Part shown: positions 62,684 to 64,000 of the stretch, piece after piece
Layout of the letters: each line of letters begins with the position of its first letter
Position numbering within the stretch: the first letter of the stretch is position 1
NCBI RefSeq assembly: GCF_001194135.2
Contig: NC_068989.1
Coordinates: forward strand, 78,895,710-78,959,709
Direction: 5' to 3'
DNA length: 64,000 nt
DNA from: Octopus bimaculoides
Lineage: Eukaryota
Made by a program: the position numbers and the translations under genes
Notes under the pieces: generated by a model
Database searches by the model: none
What the model was told of the DNA's origin: nothing
Seen by the model: the letters and a program-made list of their open reading frames with translations, nothing else

Positions 62684-63090
62684 ATGCTAGCATGGAAAGC
62701 GGACGTTAAACGACGATGATGATGATGATGATGATATATATATATATGTCATAATTGGGGTTTTACTAGGCTGGATGGGTCTTCTTCTCAAGCACAGGAT
62801 AATGCCGAATGACCAAGTCCATTTGGCATTATGCCATATTTGAGAAGAAGACACATGAGGCCAAGTAAAACTGCAGATACTGGTGTCATGAAAATGGCAC
62901 CCCTGCCTGTGGCACGTAAAAGCACCCATTACACTCTCAGAGCGGTTGGCGTTAGGAAGGGCATCTAGCCATAGAAAACCATGCCAAAACAGACTGGGGT
63001 CTGGGGCAGCCTTCCAGCTTGCCAGCCCAGGTTAAACCGTCCAACCCATGCCAGCATGGACAACGGATGTTAATTGATGATGTTGATGAT
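62684..63090 (+). mobile_element. R tail followed by an R-related variant with a different 5' part
   Basis: GCTAGCATGGAAAGCGGACGTTAAAC(GAT)n, then a segment ending GGCACGTAAAAGCACCC...CCAACCCATGCCAGCATGGA. Confidence 0.75.
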
Positions 63091-63100
63091 GATACACACA

Positions 63101-63143
<43 letters not shown>

Positions 63144-63151
63144 TGTGATAG

Positions 63152-63450
63152 CCCATGGCTCAGTGGTTAGGGTGTTGCACACACAATTAAAAGATAGTGG
63201 GTTCAATTCCCACACCAGGTGTTGTGTTGTGTTCTTGAGCAAAGCACTTCATTTCACATTGCTCTGCAATCATTTCATCATCTGCCACGTGGCACACAGT
63301 CCACCCGTACAGGTAACGTCAATTTAAAGGAGGAAGTGAGCTTATGTGTACACAAACATTTGATCACTATAAGCAAATTATTTGTGAGGTTGTTCAGCAA
63401 GAAATTGCCGAACTCTCAAATGTCATCTAAGAATGGGAGAGTCCATGACA
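63152..63450 (+). mobile_element. SINE group E (tRNA head; central block shared with D)
   Basis: TGGCTCAGTGGTTAGGG A-box, GGGTTCAATTCCC B-box, TGTTGTGTTCTTGAGCAAAGCACTT. Confidence 0.7.
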
Positions 63451-64000
63451 GACAGACATATATATTTATTTATTTAGAAGGTAGTAGGTTGAAACTTCGA
63501 AGTTACTGTCACCCTCTTGTAAATGTCGAACAAAGTACTCTACTAAAAAGTAATGAGCAATTATCCAGTTTAATGTTAAATTGTTTTTAAATATTAACAT
63601 AATACATATACAGTATATTTACACACACACACACACATTCATACATTCATACATACATAAAGACATGCAAACACTCACACACACACATTTATAACGAAAG
63701 CAGAGCTGTTATCCAAGACTAGCAACAAAATGAAAATGAAAAGATAACAAAAAAAAAGAAAAAAGAAAAAAGACAAACACTTAAACTGCTTTCTTTGGAG
63801 AATGTAGGTTAAGAAAGTCATTAAAATATTTCCAACATCATTGGAATCTCTCCTCAATTGCACTTCAGATAATCTTAATGATCAATTTCAAAGGTGAGGT
63901 AAGTCTATGTAGGAGTACATTGTCATCAATGTGATCATTATCAGTGAAATTTTTCAACATGACAATCATGCAATTTTTATTTTTATTTATCATTTGTTTG

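Overview
AT-rich, repeat-dominated eukaryotic DNA from a gapped draft scaffold (about 20 N-runs, e.g. 6626-7556, 30481-31200, 45007-45571, 54793-55410, 62123-62673). The SINE and RTE repertoire and the dense (TA)n/(CA)n/(GAT)n/(CT)n microsatellites suggest a coleoid cephalopod, most likely Octopus (inference). No complete protein-coding gene can be supported. Almost all ORF-track entries are microsatellite translations, gap read-throughs or recurrent SINE frames. The window reads as intron or intergenic DNA, with two unverified candidate exons on opposite strands. Supported content: (1) many copies of about five tRNA-headed SINE groups (labelled A-E here) that appear to swap 3' tails; (2) RTE-clade LINE remnants and many copies of their hairpin-rich 3' UTR ending in (GAT)n (labelled R); (3) an R4/Dong-like RT fragment; (4) a dead mariner transposase; (5) piggyBac-, hAT-, pogo/Tigger-, mariner- and TAG...CTA-type MITEs; (6) a tRNA-Glu(CTC) pseudogene. 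The most interesting items are a 727-bp Kolobok-like deletion derivative with perfect 20-bp inverted ends carrying a frameshifted SAP+SWIM gene (60932-61658), and three unrelated short elements that each carry a minimal type-I hammerhead-ribozyme-like fold (41220-41263 with canonical core; 4522-4558 and 35069-35119 with variant cores). Coordinates of old repeat copies are approximate.
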